64,000 nucleotides of DNA from Octopus sinensis (Eukaryota): assembly GCF_006345805.1 (NCBI RefSeq), contig NC_043008.1, positions 34,410,001 through 34,474,000 of the forward strand. Reading direction: 5' to 3'. How positions within the stretch are numbered: the stretch's first letter is position 1; each line of letters opens with the position of its first letter. Shown here piece by piece: positions 1 through 12,728 of this stretch. Under the pieces are notes generated by a model that ran no database searches, was not told where the DNA came from, and saw only the letters and a program-made list of their open reading frames with translations. The position numbers were made by a program, and so were the translations under genes.

Positions 1-275
1 CACAGCTTGACAACAGATGGTATATTCCCTCATATTTTAATGGTTTGGCAAAAAAGACAGATAGGAGAGCTGGGGCAATTTATTTGAGTTAAAACCCTTC
101 AAGGCAGTGCCCTAACATGGCTGCAGTCCAATGACTGAAACAAGTAAAAGATAAAAGATACTTTTTCCAACATGTTGTTGTTGATGTTTCTGTTTAACCC
201 TAGGCCAGGCTTTATCCAGCAGATTTTCGATTAAAGATTGTTAAAACTGCAAACATCCCAGCTTTCATTCTTTAG

Positions 276-344
276 CCCTTTAGCATTCAGATTAATTTAT
301 CAAACATAATGCTTGTTTATCCAAATTTTTAAAAATTAATCCTA

Positions 345-386
<42 letters not shown>

Positions 387-796
387 TCATCATCATCATC
401 ATCATCATCGTTTAACGTCCGCTTTCCATGCTAGCATGGGTTGGACGGTTCAACTGGGGTTTGGGAAGCCCGAAGGTTGCACCAGGCATAAAATACAAAA
501 TGGGACAAGAACGCAAAACATCCGGACAGCTAGGTGATACAAAAAAGGACAACAAAACATCCAGATAGAGGATACAAAAAAAGACAAGGACAGGTCATTC
601 GAAGTTTTTTTCCCTCAGTCAAGCACCAGATTATCCTCGCAATTTCGTCTGAATATATATATAAGATTTTGATGATGTGATTATTTAATTTTAGAATGAT
701 ACTGTAGGGTAGGTGTGAGAGGCAGGATCTAACCACTTTCAATATAAAACTGGCAGAATATATGGACCAGATATTGCTGGTTTAAATGGTAAAGAG
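276..796 (+). mobile_element. piggyBac-type MITE interrupted by (TA)n, an RTE-tail fragment and a second element
   Basis: Left part ccctttagcattcag at 276; right part from ~670 to aatggtaaagag|ttaa at 796. Confidence 0.65.
349..384. repeat. (TA)n microsatellite, representative of dozens of (TA)n, (TG)n, (CAT)n, (AAT)n and (GGT)n tracts
   Basis: Directly visible. These tracts explain the many YIYI/CVCV/HTHT ORFs in the track. Confidence 0.95.
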
Positions 797-2319
797 TTAA
801 ATTATGTGTATCTACGAGTACATTATCCAAAGTGTCCTTCCTTTTTTGATGTAGACACAAACAGGTAGAGATTTGAAAGTGCTTTCGATGTTCATTCATG
901 CAGGTTGAGAGAAACAATCATAGAATAGGGTCCATTGTTAGCATCATAGCTAAGACCATGCTGAAGTGCCACCTTCATTAGGAAGTTTACCTCCACCTTA
1001 AACAAGCAGATTAGCATTATATTTTGTAATTTCTATTGTCTTGGGATCTCATAAAATTCTTTCAGTTTCCTTTTCCTATTCAAATTATTCAAAAGCGTTT
1101 ATTATATCAAAGTTATTATAATTGTTTATCTAAAACCGTTTTAAGTATTTCCACTAGTCTTTTATAAAAGAAAAAATTAAGTCTATAATAAAACTACCTG
1201 AAAGACACACACATATATATATGTATGTATAAATAAAGGCAAATTAGAAAATTGCTTGTCAGGCTACTATTCAAGTACTACATTCATTCTAATTATTCTC
1301 AGAAGGAAGGAAGAATTAGTTAATTATCTTTGCTTTGCTTTCACCAAGTATTTGTGCTAAAGTATGTGTGTGTAATCGTGTGTGTGCATGTGTGTGTGTG
1401 TGTGTGTGTGTGAACAAGTGTGTATACATGTGTCTGTATGATGTGCATATATGATCATGAATGAGTGAATGAATGAATGTACGTGTACGCATGAGTGTAT
1501 CTATGAGAAGGAGTGTGTGTGTGTGTGTGTGTGTGTTTGATTGTTATCTTTTTGTTTCAGTTTTCTAACATACAACAAAAACGAGCAATTATACAAGTCA
1601 GCTTTGAAAGACACAAAATATCTGAAGATTATTCACAGGCAGAAGCAGCAACAGCTGCAGTGATGAAGGCTGTGGTGTTGGTGGTGGTAAAAGAGGCAGT
1701 TTTAAATGGATATTTGTCTCTTTTATTAAGGAACTCTCTCACTGATGATTCAAAGGAAATTGTTAGCTATTTAAAAGATCTAACACAATGGCAACCAAAA
1801 CTAATAGCAGTTATTGTAAAATATATTTAGTGAGATATGAGTGTTTAGCGCAGGAATGAAACCTTTGTTTTATTTCTAGTTAGATTTTAAATACTCCACG
1901 GATTAGAATACATTAACACTAACTTAGCTGTTGTATTATATATATATTTATTTTCTGAGAAAGCTGTCATTTCATTATTTCACTTCGAAAGGATTCTATT
2001 TTCCTATGACAACAAATGATCAATTCTGTATAATATAATTTGTGATTCCCCATTACTATTCCCAACAAGTACAATTGAAGCCAGCTATTTGCTAATGAGG
2101 TCATAATAAAGCTGAAACATGCCTGCAGTTGTCCTCCACAATTACTAGCACAGACATGAATGTATGCTAAAGAAGTTCATTTTGCAACCATACAAGTTCT
2201 GAAGTTGGTCCCATTGTGAAGCACTTTGGGTTAGTGTCTTCTACCATAGCCTTAGAGTGATCAATGCCTTGTGAATGAAATTTGATGAAGAACTATGTGG
2301 AATATTGTCATGTGAGTCA

Positions 2320-2595
2320 CCATCTGAACGTGGCCGATGCCAGCGCTGCCTTGACTGGCTTCTGTGCTGGTAGCATGTAAAAAGCACCAACCGATCGTGG
2401 CCGCTGTGCTGGTGGTACGTAAAAAGCACCCACTACACTCACGGAGTGGTTGGCATTAAGAAGGGCATCCAGCTGTAGAAACACTGCCAGATCAGACTGG
2501 AGCCTGGTGCAGCCTCCTGGCTTCCCAGACCCCAGTCGAACTGTCCGACCCGTGCTAGCACGGAAAACGGACGTTAAACGATGATGATGATGATG
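2320..2595 (+). mobile_element. Short RTE-tail element (family B)
   Basis: Ends cggacgttaaacgatgatgatg. Related copies near 385-487, 3270-3605, 14926-15160, 23600-23830, 31265-31415, 31640-32075, 36140-36430, 41465-41830, 46825-47000 and 47570-47700. Confidence 0.85.
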
Positions 2596-2610
2596 ATATG
2601 TACATATATA

Positions 2611-2641
<31 letters not shown>

Positions 2642-2644
<3 letters not shown>

Positions 2645-3056
2645 GGTGCAGGGGTGACTGTGTGCTTAAGTACCGGTGTAGCTGTGTGCATAGGTGCAGG
2701 TGTGACTGCATGGTAAGAAACTTGCTTCCCAACCACATGGTTCTGGGTTCAGTTCCACTGCATGGCACCTTGGTCAGGTGTCTTCTACTATAGCCTTGAA
2801 AGGACCAATGCCTTGTAAGTGGATTTGATAGAGGGAAACTGAAAGAAGCTTGTCGTGTATATAGATGTGTGTATGTGTGCCTTTGACAACCAGTGTTGGT
2901 GTGTTTACATCCCTGTAACTTAGCAGTTCTGCAAAAGAGACTGATAGAATAAGTACTAAGCTTTAAAAAAAGTCCTGGGGTTGATTTGTTCTACTAAACC
3001 CCTTCAAGATGGTGCTCCAACATGGCTGCAATCAAATGACAAACGAATAAAAGAAT
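2642..3056 (+). mobile_element. SINE family A with reiterated 5' head
   Basis: The head segment taggtgcagg..tgactg occurs twice before the body. Confidence 0.8.
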
Positions 3057-5615
3057 ATACATGGTCTACCCTGATATTTCATTACCATTATTTTTATTGC
3101 TTCCCAGCTCCTCTCTTCTAAATGTGAGTAGTCATGTAGTTACTCTACAGCAAGAAACTAGTGTTGCCCTCGCCTCTTCTCTCTTATTTTCACCTATACT
3201 CCTTTTTTTACCCTTCATCTCTTAGCATAAAGTTGCCTCCTTGAGATCTGTATTTTTTGCAAGCTGCACTGCAACCTCAATAGTGCTGATGGCCCAAAAA
3301 TAACACCCAGTAACATGCTGTAAAGTTGTTACTGTTAGGAAGGGCACCTAACCATAGAAACCAAGCTAAAGCAGATACTGGAGTACAATGCATTACTTGG
3401 GCCCCACCAAAACCTGTCAAACAGCCTTACTATTGAAGCCAGCTATTTGCTAATGAGGTCATAATAAAGCTGAAACATGCCTACAGTTGTCCTCCACAAT
3501 TATTAGCATAGACATGAACGTGTGCTAAAGAAGTTCATTTTGCAACCATACAAGTTTTGAAGTTGGTCCCATTGTGAAGCTAGCATGAAACATGGATGTT
3601 AACTGACAAAATTGATCCCTCTCTCTCTCACACACACACACACACACAAACACACAAGTATATGTCTAGATGTTTTTGCATCAAGAATTTTTCGGTAAAG
3701 GTGACATTTATGTTTCCCATAAACAAAATGTTTGACAGCAATTTGGCATATGAAAACATGGATGGAGGCATCAGGAAATGCATCTCGTTGTAGAATACTG
3801 CTTTAAACAATCTCATCCAATCCATGTGAAAATGGAAAGAAGTAGCTGTAAAAGTGACAATAATGATGATGACAGCCATTGACAAAATTTTTTTTCTTTC
3901 AGCAGATATTCAATTTTGATCAGCTTTTTCATACTCTGCATTAAATATGTTAACACTAAATTAAATTGCTTTTTATGCAGGTGGTATCTTTAAATTTATC
4001 ATAATCATCATTCAATGAAAAAAAAATTCTCACCAACATTAGCTGTTTGGCATATGAACCAATCATTTGAACTACAAGTTGTGAGAAAATTATTTTCCAA
4101 TATTCTTACTGAAGAAACTATTTTCTGTTGCAGTCTTGAAAATTTCACAATTTTATAAGTGTTCAGATTTTCAGATAAAAGACACACACAAAAGCCATAT
4201 TTTATACTAGTAGATATTAATAACTGGTTTACTAGCCAATACAGGTTACTCAACCTTTGTTGGAAATAATAACCAAATCACTCTTGAATAAAACCCAATT
4301 TGTCTTTAAAAAGGAGAATGATGCAATAGATTTAATATAATCCTAAAATGAGATGAATCGTGTAACAACCCTTACCCGGTTCCAAGCATGGTTATATTTT
4401 CTCATAGCTAGATATGTTTTTCACAGAATACTGGAGACAAAAACAACCTCACTTTTATGATGGGTCATGCGTATTTATAACCATCACGTGATGTCTACAC
4501 AAGAGTACGCACAAATATACACAAACATACGCACACACATATACACACACACACGACAGGCTTCTTTTCAGTTTTCGTCTATCATATCTATTCAACAAGG
4601 TTTTGGTCAGCCAGAAGCTAGAGTGGAAAATGCTTGCTAACAGCGCTGTGCAGTGAGATTGAATCATAAATCATGTAGCTGGAAAGTAAACTTCTTATCC
4701 CACACAGATCCCCTTGCACTATAACTCAACTAATATTCCTAGAAGCCAAGAAAGGAATATCTGTTAAGCAGGCAGTATTTTTTCACCATGTTTTCCAATT
4801 CACAGATTTTGGTACATACTAAGCTAAGAACAAGCTAATGACAGAGTCTCATTTTGCCTCAAATTTGACCTTATGTGACATAACCAGATTGTATTCAAAA
4901 TTATTCGTTTCAATCTTACCTCCTTCAAAACATATTTCTTCTTACATTATATTACTTTTTCTTTTTTGTCATAATTTCTTTCACATCATCATCAACAACA
5001 ACAAAGGAAGTAGAAAGAAAATCTTTTACATTCTGGCTATTCCTAATTAGTTCCTAACTAATGAGATGGTTTCCATTACGTAGCAGAATATGTAATCTGT
5101 ATATGGGCGTATTAATTATGCTACAAACAATGTTATAAGTTGCGGTTTTTTGTTTTTTTTAGTGAATAAATATCCTGTATGACTTGCAGTACTTTCATGT
5201 GTATGTGTGCACACATGGTTGATTGCATGTCATTTGATGTTTCCAACTTTGCTACTGATTCTTCTGTCTACCCTATATTCAGTAATTTTTTAGGCAGTAA
5301 ATTTTCTTTAGTACAACTACTACTACTTTGATTTCCAAAAGTTTGAACTATTCTTTATTTTAGAAACTTAAGAGAAGAATTATGGATATTTTACAGTTTA
5401 AGAAGGAACCAATTACTTTCCTGAATAATGTTAACCAAAAGGTACAGATTACTTTTATAAAAAAAAACATGCTGTTAAATCAAAAGCTCTTTCTTTCCTT
5501 CAATGGAACAAAATCTCATCAGCCATTCACTAGATATTTTCCATCAATTACAACATAACTAAAGCATTTCTATCATTACTTTAGTAATAAATATACAAGG
5601 GTACAGAGTATAAAA

Positions 5616-5649
<34 letters not shown>

Positions 5650-5703
5650 TGCACGCATTTTTTTTCTCTCCTTCTTTCTGTGTTTTTTTTTTCTCTCTGT
5701 GTA

Positions 5704-5741
5704 TCTTTCTGTTGAAGAGCGTAGGCTCGAAACGTTAAAGA
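5704..5741 (+). ncRNA. Minimal PLE-type hammerhead ribozyme motif with variant core
   Basis: tcttt-CTGTTGA-A-gagc(gtag)gctc-GAAA-cgt-t-aaaga: 5-bp stem I, 4-bp stem II, palindromic ACGT stem III. A6 is replaced by U. Lies in a ~190-bp element between (TA)n tracts. Confidence 0.6.
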
Positions 5742-5845
5742 CTTGTTTTATTTATATTTCCTGAGCGCCATACTAATACAATTGTTTGTTTGTTTTCCAC
5801 CTGCCTTTGTCTTTTGTCTATTTTCATAAAGCTTCCCGTTATATA

Positions 5846-5882
<37 letters not shown>

Positions 5883-7202
5883 CTCCTGGGGTTTTGTAAT
5901 CAAAATTCTAATGTAGCCAAAAATTAGCAAATTAAAAATAGTTCATTTTAAACTTGCAAAAGTGGACATTTTTTTTCTTCTTCGCTTTTTCAGCAAAATA
6001 CAGTTTAAGAAAATTGCTACACCATTTTTAGAAACAAAGTTAAAACCTTCATGATAATCTATTTTGCTTTTTAAATTGCTAATCTTTGAAACAAAAATAA
6101 CAGAAACAAATTTTTCATCATCCATTTAAATAGCAAAATCTTCATCATTATATTAAACACTGTCTATCTCTTTTTCAACTATCATTGCTAATACTTCCTC
6201 TACCACACATTCTGATATTCACTTTCATCCTGTCTCTATCTCTGGAATCTATAACATAAATAATATGGCTGCAGTCTTGATAGATTCGAAATTCTTCAAG
6301 TCTTTAGATCAATAGTACACATCCAATGGATCATATTTATCTCTCATCTCTCCAATCATTGCCTTCACTGTTAATAATTCACTTTAATGCTATCATCATA
6401 CGGTATCTTATCAATCATTCACTTAAATGCTATTCTATCATTACGATACTTTTACAGTTGAGTGAGTGAGAATGAACCTTCCTACTATCAATAAAAGCAA
6501 AAGTTTCAGAAATTTCTCTCTCAATGTTTTTTTTTTATTCAGTACATGTCATTCATATGCACATCATTCATATTTATCTGTCTACATCAGTGTAGTTATA
6601 AACTCATACATTCTAATCATTTCCAACACAATATAGTCGTTTTTTTTTTTTAATTCACTCACCATCAATGTCATTCAAAGTCACACACAAACACATCATA
6701 CACAGTTTCTTGATTTTTCAATTGTTGAAGGTTTCATATAAACTGCAACTATACAGCACCCGACGTTCAAGAGTTAAGGAGGAGAGGAACTTGACTTTTG
6801 GGGACTGGTCTTCCTACATACTGAACTTGATAATTTTACTGCAGATGCAATTAAATGTTGAAGGTTTCTGCCAAGAAGAATTTTCATTCTATCTAGGCCC
6901 TTCCATTCTAACTCTTTCCAAGCTGTGAGTTTTGTGCAGTTTCAAGATTCATCCAGCAATGAAAGCAAAGTAACCTAAATATAAATGGAATTATTTTAAA
7001 GGTAGATTCTCAAAATTTAGCACAATGCCAGCAATTTTAAGGATAGGTGGCAAGTTGACCACATCAACCTCAGTACTAGACTGGCATTTTATTCTATTGA
7101 CCTTAAAAAGATGAAAAGTAAATTGATTTTGGCAGTATTTGAATTCAAAATGTAAAGTGCTGGAATAAAGACTTCAAGACATTTTATGAGACTTTATTCT
7201 TT

Positions 7203-7581
7203 CATTCTTTTACTTGTTTCAGTCATTTGACTGCGACCATATTGAAGTGCCACCTTTAGTTGAAGAGATGGATTCCAGGACTTATTCTTTGTAAGCCTGG
7301 TACTTATTCTATCAGTCACTTTTGCTGAACTGCCAAGTTACGGGGACATAAACACACCAACATTGGTTGTCAAGTGATGGTGGGGAGACACACACAGACA
7401 CACAAATATTTATATGACAGGTTTCTTTCAGTTCCCATCTCCCAAATCCACTCACGAGGCTTTGGTCGGCCGGAGGCTATAGTAGGAGACACTTGCCCAA
7501 GATGCCACACAATGGGACTGAACCTGGAACCTTGTGGTTGGGAAGCAAGCTTCTTACCACACTGCCACTTCTGCACCTGTC
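7203..7581 (-). mobile_element. SINE family A
   Basis: Collinear match to the 8547-8925 copy. Confidence 0.85.
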
Positions 7582-8546
7582 TAACAATTCTACCAATCCA
7601 TTACTATTCTTTAAAGATAATGATAGCAACTTAGCAGATTTATCAATCAACCCAATAACTTTTTCATGGAAACAAAAGACCTTAATAAATATTTTCTATA
7701 CATTAATAAATACAGGGTAAAGTTCTGCCTTATGACAAATATGACCCGATAAATAACAACATTAATGATTACTTTTTAACCAAGCACTAAGTGACAACCA
7801 CGGAGGGAAAAGAGTTGAAAGTTGATCTTTGTGGCATTTTAAAGTAGAAAATGGGTCAGAGATCTAGATTTAGTGGGTTGTCTAACCTAAAACCAAAATA
7901 GCAAAAAAATTATTGGATGTATGTATATATGATTTACAGACGCCATCATGGAACAAAGTATTTACTATATCTTATATTCCAATAATGTGGTAGGGAAATA
8001 AAATATATCTGGTAGAATTCAGCTTAACATCAAGAAAATCTATATCTACTATCAAAAAATTGCAATGAACATCAATAACATGTACAACCGAAATCACTGC
8101 AGATTACCAACGAACTTTTCTTTGTTATTGTTTTTATCTCGATTATCATCATAACATCCACTTTTCCATGCTGGTATGGGTCAAACGGAGTTGAAGCAGA
8201 TGCTTCTCCTGTTGTCATCCCTCACCTCCCTCAAAGCAAGGTAATACACCACACCCAATAACCAGACACAGACATGTTTTTGCAGAATATTGGAAATGAA
8301 TGACATTGCTTAGATGACAGCAATGATCATTTACAACTATCGTGTAATGCCCAGTCAATGAGACACACAGACACACATAGAGAGCTGAAGATGCTTACAC
8401 AAGATACCATGCAGTGCAACTGGACCTAGAACCCAAATGGTTGGGAAACTTAAACCACACAGTCATACCTGTGCCCCTAATCAATAATTTCCCAAACTTC
8501 TTTTCATTTTCAGCACACTTTAGAGCAAACATTTTGGTGCACTTTA

Positions 8547-8925
8547 CTCTTTTACTTGTTTCAGTCATTTGACAGTGGCCATGCTGGAGCACCGCCTTTA
8601 ATCGAGCAACTCGACTCCGGGACTTATTATTTTGTAAACCCAGTACTTATTCTATCGGTCTCTTTTGCCGAACCGCTAAGTAACGGGGACATAAACACAC
8701 CAGCATCGGTTGTCAAACACAAACACACACACGCATATATATATATATATACATATATACGATGGGCTTCTTTCAGTTTCCGTCTACCAAATCCACTCAC
8801 AAGGCTTTGGTCGGCCCGAGGCTATAGTAAGAGACACTTGACCGAGGTGCCACGCAGTGGGACTGAACCCCGAACCATGTGGTTGGTAAACTAGCTACTT
8901 ACCACACAGCCACTCCTGCGCCTAT
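8547..8925 (-). mobile_element. SINE family A (tRNA-like head, Deu/Nin-like core, internal microsatellite), young copy
   Basis: Head ataggcgcaggagtggctgtgtggtaag, core gccttgtgagtggatttggtagacggaaactgaaagaagcccgtcg, tail tgactgaaacaagtaaaaga. More than 20 full or partial copies in the window. Domain name is from memory. Confidence 0.88.
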
Positions 8926-10197
8926 GTGCACAAAGATATGTTAAACAAGAAGTGTCTTTTTGACATAAATACATAGACAGACGTTATAGAAAAATTATCA
9001 AGTACAATACTGGTCTTCTTATCCAGCTTCTTCTAGAGATCTAGAATTTTCAGAAATCTGGGAATATGTGCAACGTCATGCAATATAATATACCCTGTAT
9101 CAAGTAAACATAGCCTGTTTTTGAAGTCAGTTAATTTGCATACGGTATGTTAAAAAAATTTGTTCTTTAACCATTTTTTTTAAAGTGGATTGATATAGAT
9201 TAAACATATTCTGCATTACAAGTATATTAATTTCTACCTTTACCTGTTAAATAAAATCATAATTGTTACTTTTCTTCATTCAATTTTCATCCTGTAAACA
9301 CTATACTGTATATATGATACAGTATTGATATATTTTAAGAATTTTAAGTAGATAAATAAATAAATATCAAACAGATTTTGCTTTGGAAGTGTATTAATTT
9401 GAATCCATAAAATACAATTTAGTGCTTTATGCTTCAGAGTTTATTTTACCTTTTAAGTATATATTTAGACTGTCTCCAGAAAACTGGAAAATCCAGAAAT
9501 CTATGCCTCTTCCAGTCCCAAGCATGTCAAATATTTAATCTGATATTATATTTATTTCTGTATTCAATAAATAAAGAGGTTATTAAGACATATAGAATTT
9601 CAATGTGTATTTTACACATTTTAAAAATATTCTATTTATTTTACAGTACATCTTTCAATATTTTGTCACATGACAGATCGACACTGACTTCCCTGAGCAG
9701 AATAAGTTTCTGATCAAAATAAGTTGTGTCTGTACCTTTTTTTTTTTTTTTTTTACTATATACCTTTTGAAATACAAATCCATTTGTTGCTTAAATTAAT
9801 TCTTTTATTAATAACCATGAATTCAGAAGGATTTATCACAATACTTGACTTAGTTAAACCATAAGGATTCTTTCATAAAATTATAATGGTGAGTTCTCCT
9901 CATATAAACATTTTAAAATGAACAGTGTTGTATTATAAGACATAAGGTTTCAGACAGATTGGCAGTGAAAAACAGCTGAACTGCGATGAGTTTCATTTCA
10001 CTTCCTAAATATTGCCACAAGGAAAATACTGTCTAAATGAAATTTAGATTCCGTGCATTGTTACAAGAAATCCATAACAGTATAATGGTTAGATCTAGTC
10101 AAAACCTTCTGATAGATGGAAGAATAAATTTTTTAATTTTGACTATTGCAGTCTGTATGGTGTTTTTTGCATTATATATGTACTATTTACGTTATAT

Positions 10198-10567
10198 CTT
10201 TTACTTGTTTCAGTTATTAGACTGCAGCCATGCTGGGGCACCATCTTGAAAAACTTTTAGGACTATTTTTTTTTTTAAAGCTTGGTACTTACTATTGGTC
10301 TCTTTTGTTGAACCACTAAGTTACTGGGACATAAACACACCAGCATTGATTGCCAAGCAGTGGGGGAGGGGAGAACAAACACAGATACACATACACGTAT
10401 ATACACATATACACAATGGGCTTCTTTTGGTTTCCAACTACCAAAATCCACAAGGCTTTGGTTGGCTCAGGGTTAAAGTAGAAGACACTCGCCCAAGGTG
10501 CCACGCAGTGGGACTGAACCCTGAACCATGTGGTTGGGAAGCAAGATCCTTACCACACAGCCATGTA
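10198..10567 (-). mobile_element. SINE family A
   Basis: Collinear match to other copies. Confidence 0.82.
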
Positions 10568-11534
10568 CTATATATGTAATAATTAAATTATACATCATGC
10601 ATTTTGTGTTTTGCTATGCATATGATTCCCCAATCTTTGAAAATGATGTTGCAAAAAAGGTTAGGAGCTACTGCTATATGGTATTTAATGATAACATTTA
10701 CATTCTAAGTTCAAATCCTACCAGAAGCAACTTTGCCACTCAGCGTTCTGCAGTTAAATAAACTTACCAGACAATAACTGAGGTCAGTTTACATTCTTAT
10801 AAAGCAACTGGAATTATAAGAAACAGATTAGAGAATAGTTTCATGATGTTAAAATGAGACAGTTCTTCTTCTAGGTAATATGACTGCCCAGCTGAGTATT
10901 ATTCCTGAAAAACTGGTATTTTTTCTAACAAATCTTAAATTTCCTTTATCTTATCTGATTCCATCATACCTAATTATAGTGTACTATCAGATTTCTGAAC
11001 CTATCAGTTTTTCATTTTTTAACATTCTCATTAGGTAATTAATTGCACCCTATCACTTACAAGTATTTTCCTTACTATTCATTTACAAGATCTATTAAAC
11101 TCAAATTCCATCCCAATGTTTTACCTAAAACCCCTATATCGTTTACACTAATGACTTGATGTACTGTCAGTTCTTTGCAAAACAGCTTCAAAGTATCCAC
11201 AAATAGATTATTTTTATGTCCCCTGCAATTAATAAGTCAGTGTAATAATGACAATAGTATCATGTATACACATAATTTTTTTTAAATACAAAAAAAAAAA
11301 GAACTGTCAGGTTAAAAGTTTATCTAGTGACCTGACCTGGATAAATCCTAAATCTTCATCAAAATCACTTCAGTTATCTACTTACCATCTTCTATAAGTG
11401 TGTTCTATGTGGAACACAGGAAGAGGAAGACTGCTTGATTCTACCTGTAGTCTCTATTAGAATTACTTCATTTTGTTGTTTAGCGTTCTTTGCTGAGTAG
11501 AGTATGCAACAGAATAATTTAAATTGGATTGTAA

Positions 11535-12410
11535 AGGACACAACACCAACAGTAACCTCTGTCTACGCTCTACAGTGAGGACCAACAGACGAGCAAAACA
11601 ATTGTTTTTTTATGAGTCACTTATACCATGAGGAACACGGCATGAAATGTATCAGGATAAATCATTGAGGGGATGCATACAGAATTATAGTGATGCTGCT
11701 ACCCTTACTGATACTTAGAAGGAAAGAGGCATGGAAATGATACTATGAGTGATTGTTAAATGAGGAGAATGTGTAGGTGTACAAAAAAGTTAAACTCCAA
11801 GTGAACCCAACAGAGGGACCAGCTATTGATGATTACTTCTATACAAAGGCTGTTGGGCTATGAATAAAAGGAAAACAACAGACTTTACAGGAATAATTAC
11901 TAAGGTACCAAAGATTTCCATTTATTCAAGTAACACATGCTGGTTATGAGCATACACAATGAGGTTATTGTTTAGTCCCAGGTCAAAACCATTCCAACTA
12001 TGACCATCAAAACCTATATTCCAAGGACTATGCTTTCTAATGTATCCTTATTTATTTAAGATGGTGGGTGGGATTTCTGAGAATTTAACTGCTTTTTCTG
12101 GCAGACTGAGCAATCACAGAAAAGTTTCAGAAGATATTAAACTGACCAGGCTGTGAAAGTAGCAGAGTTATACCAATACTAATCAAAGAAAGAACTAGCC
12201 GAGAAGACAGGCTGTTTGGATATTACCAAGATAAGGGACTACTGATGCTCTCTTCTTAGAGATGTAACTACAGGTGAAGTTCTTAGTCAATAACAAACAA
12301 CCATTCCTGGTATTTGTTAACTTCAGAAAAGGCTTTAACAGGGTACCATGCACAGCAGTTTGGTGATCACTAACAAAACTAGGGCCAGAGGAAAATGACA
12401 TATAAGAGCT
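11535..12410 (+). mobile_element. Old RTE LINE relic (endonuclease and RT fragments with internal deletions)
   Basis: Hand translation gives TVTSVYALQ*GPTDEQ, RKEAWK*YYE*LLNEEN, EGPAI and GTTDALF..KQPFLVFVNFRKGFNRVPCTAVW*SLTKLG. These match RTE motifs, e.g. AFVDLEKAFDRVPR. Confidence 0.7.
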
Positions 12411-12507
12411 CACTTGGAACAAAAAGCAAATTGACTAGATAGGATTTCAACTCAGAATGTAAAGTGCTGTAAATAAATACTGCAAGGCACTCTCTCCAAA
12501 CCTTTAT

Positions 12508-12728
12508 CCCTTTAATATTTAAACAAGCCATATTTGGCCCAAAATATTCTACCTGTTTTATGTTCAAACTGGCTAGATCTGGCCTCACACACCTTCCCTA
12601 CAATGTCATTCTAAAAATAAACAATAACATCATCAAAATCTTGGTGCTATGAGATAATGCATGATTAATTCAAAGCAGTGTGAATATATAAGCATTGCAT
12701 TTGACAGAGTAATCTAAATGATAAACAG
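12508..12728 (-). mobile_element. piggyBac-type MITE, same family
   Basis: Reverse-complement match; ends at gttaa. Confidence 0.7.

Noticed and set aside
590-650. Possible hammerhead on the minus strand (ctgagggaaaaaaacttcgaatg)
   Set aside because: The core does not match CUGANGA/GAAA and stems I and III could not be assigned.
9236-9260. AG|GTAAAG juxtaposition resembling a recursive splice site (minus strand)
   Set aside because: Weak polypyrimidine tract and non-consensus donor; chance occurrence is likely.
11382-11470. ATG|gtaagt possible first exon on the minus strand
   Set aside because: Adjacent to or within the RTE relic, with no compatible downstream coding exon found.
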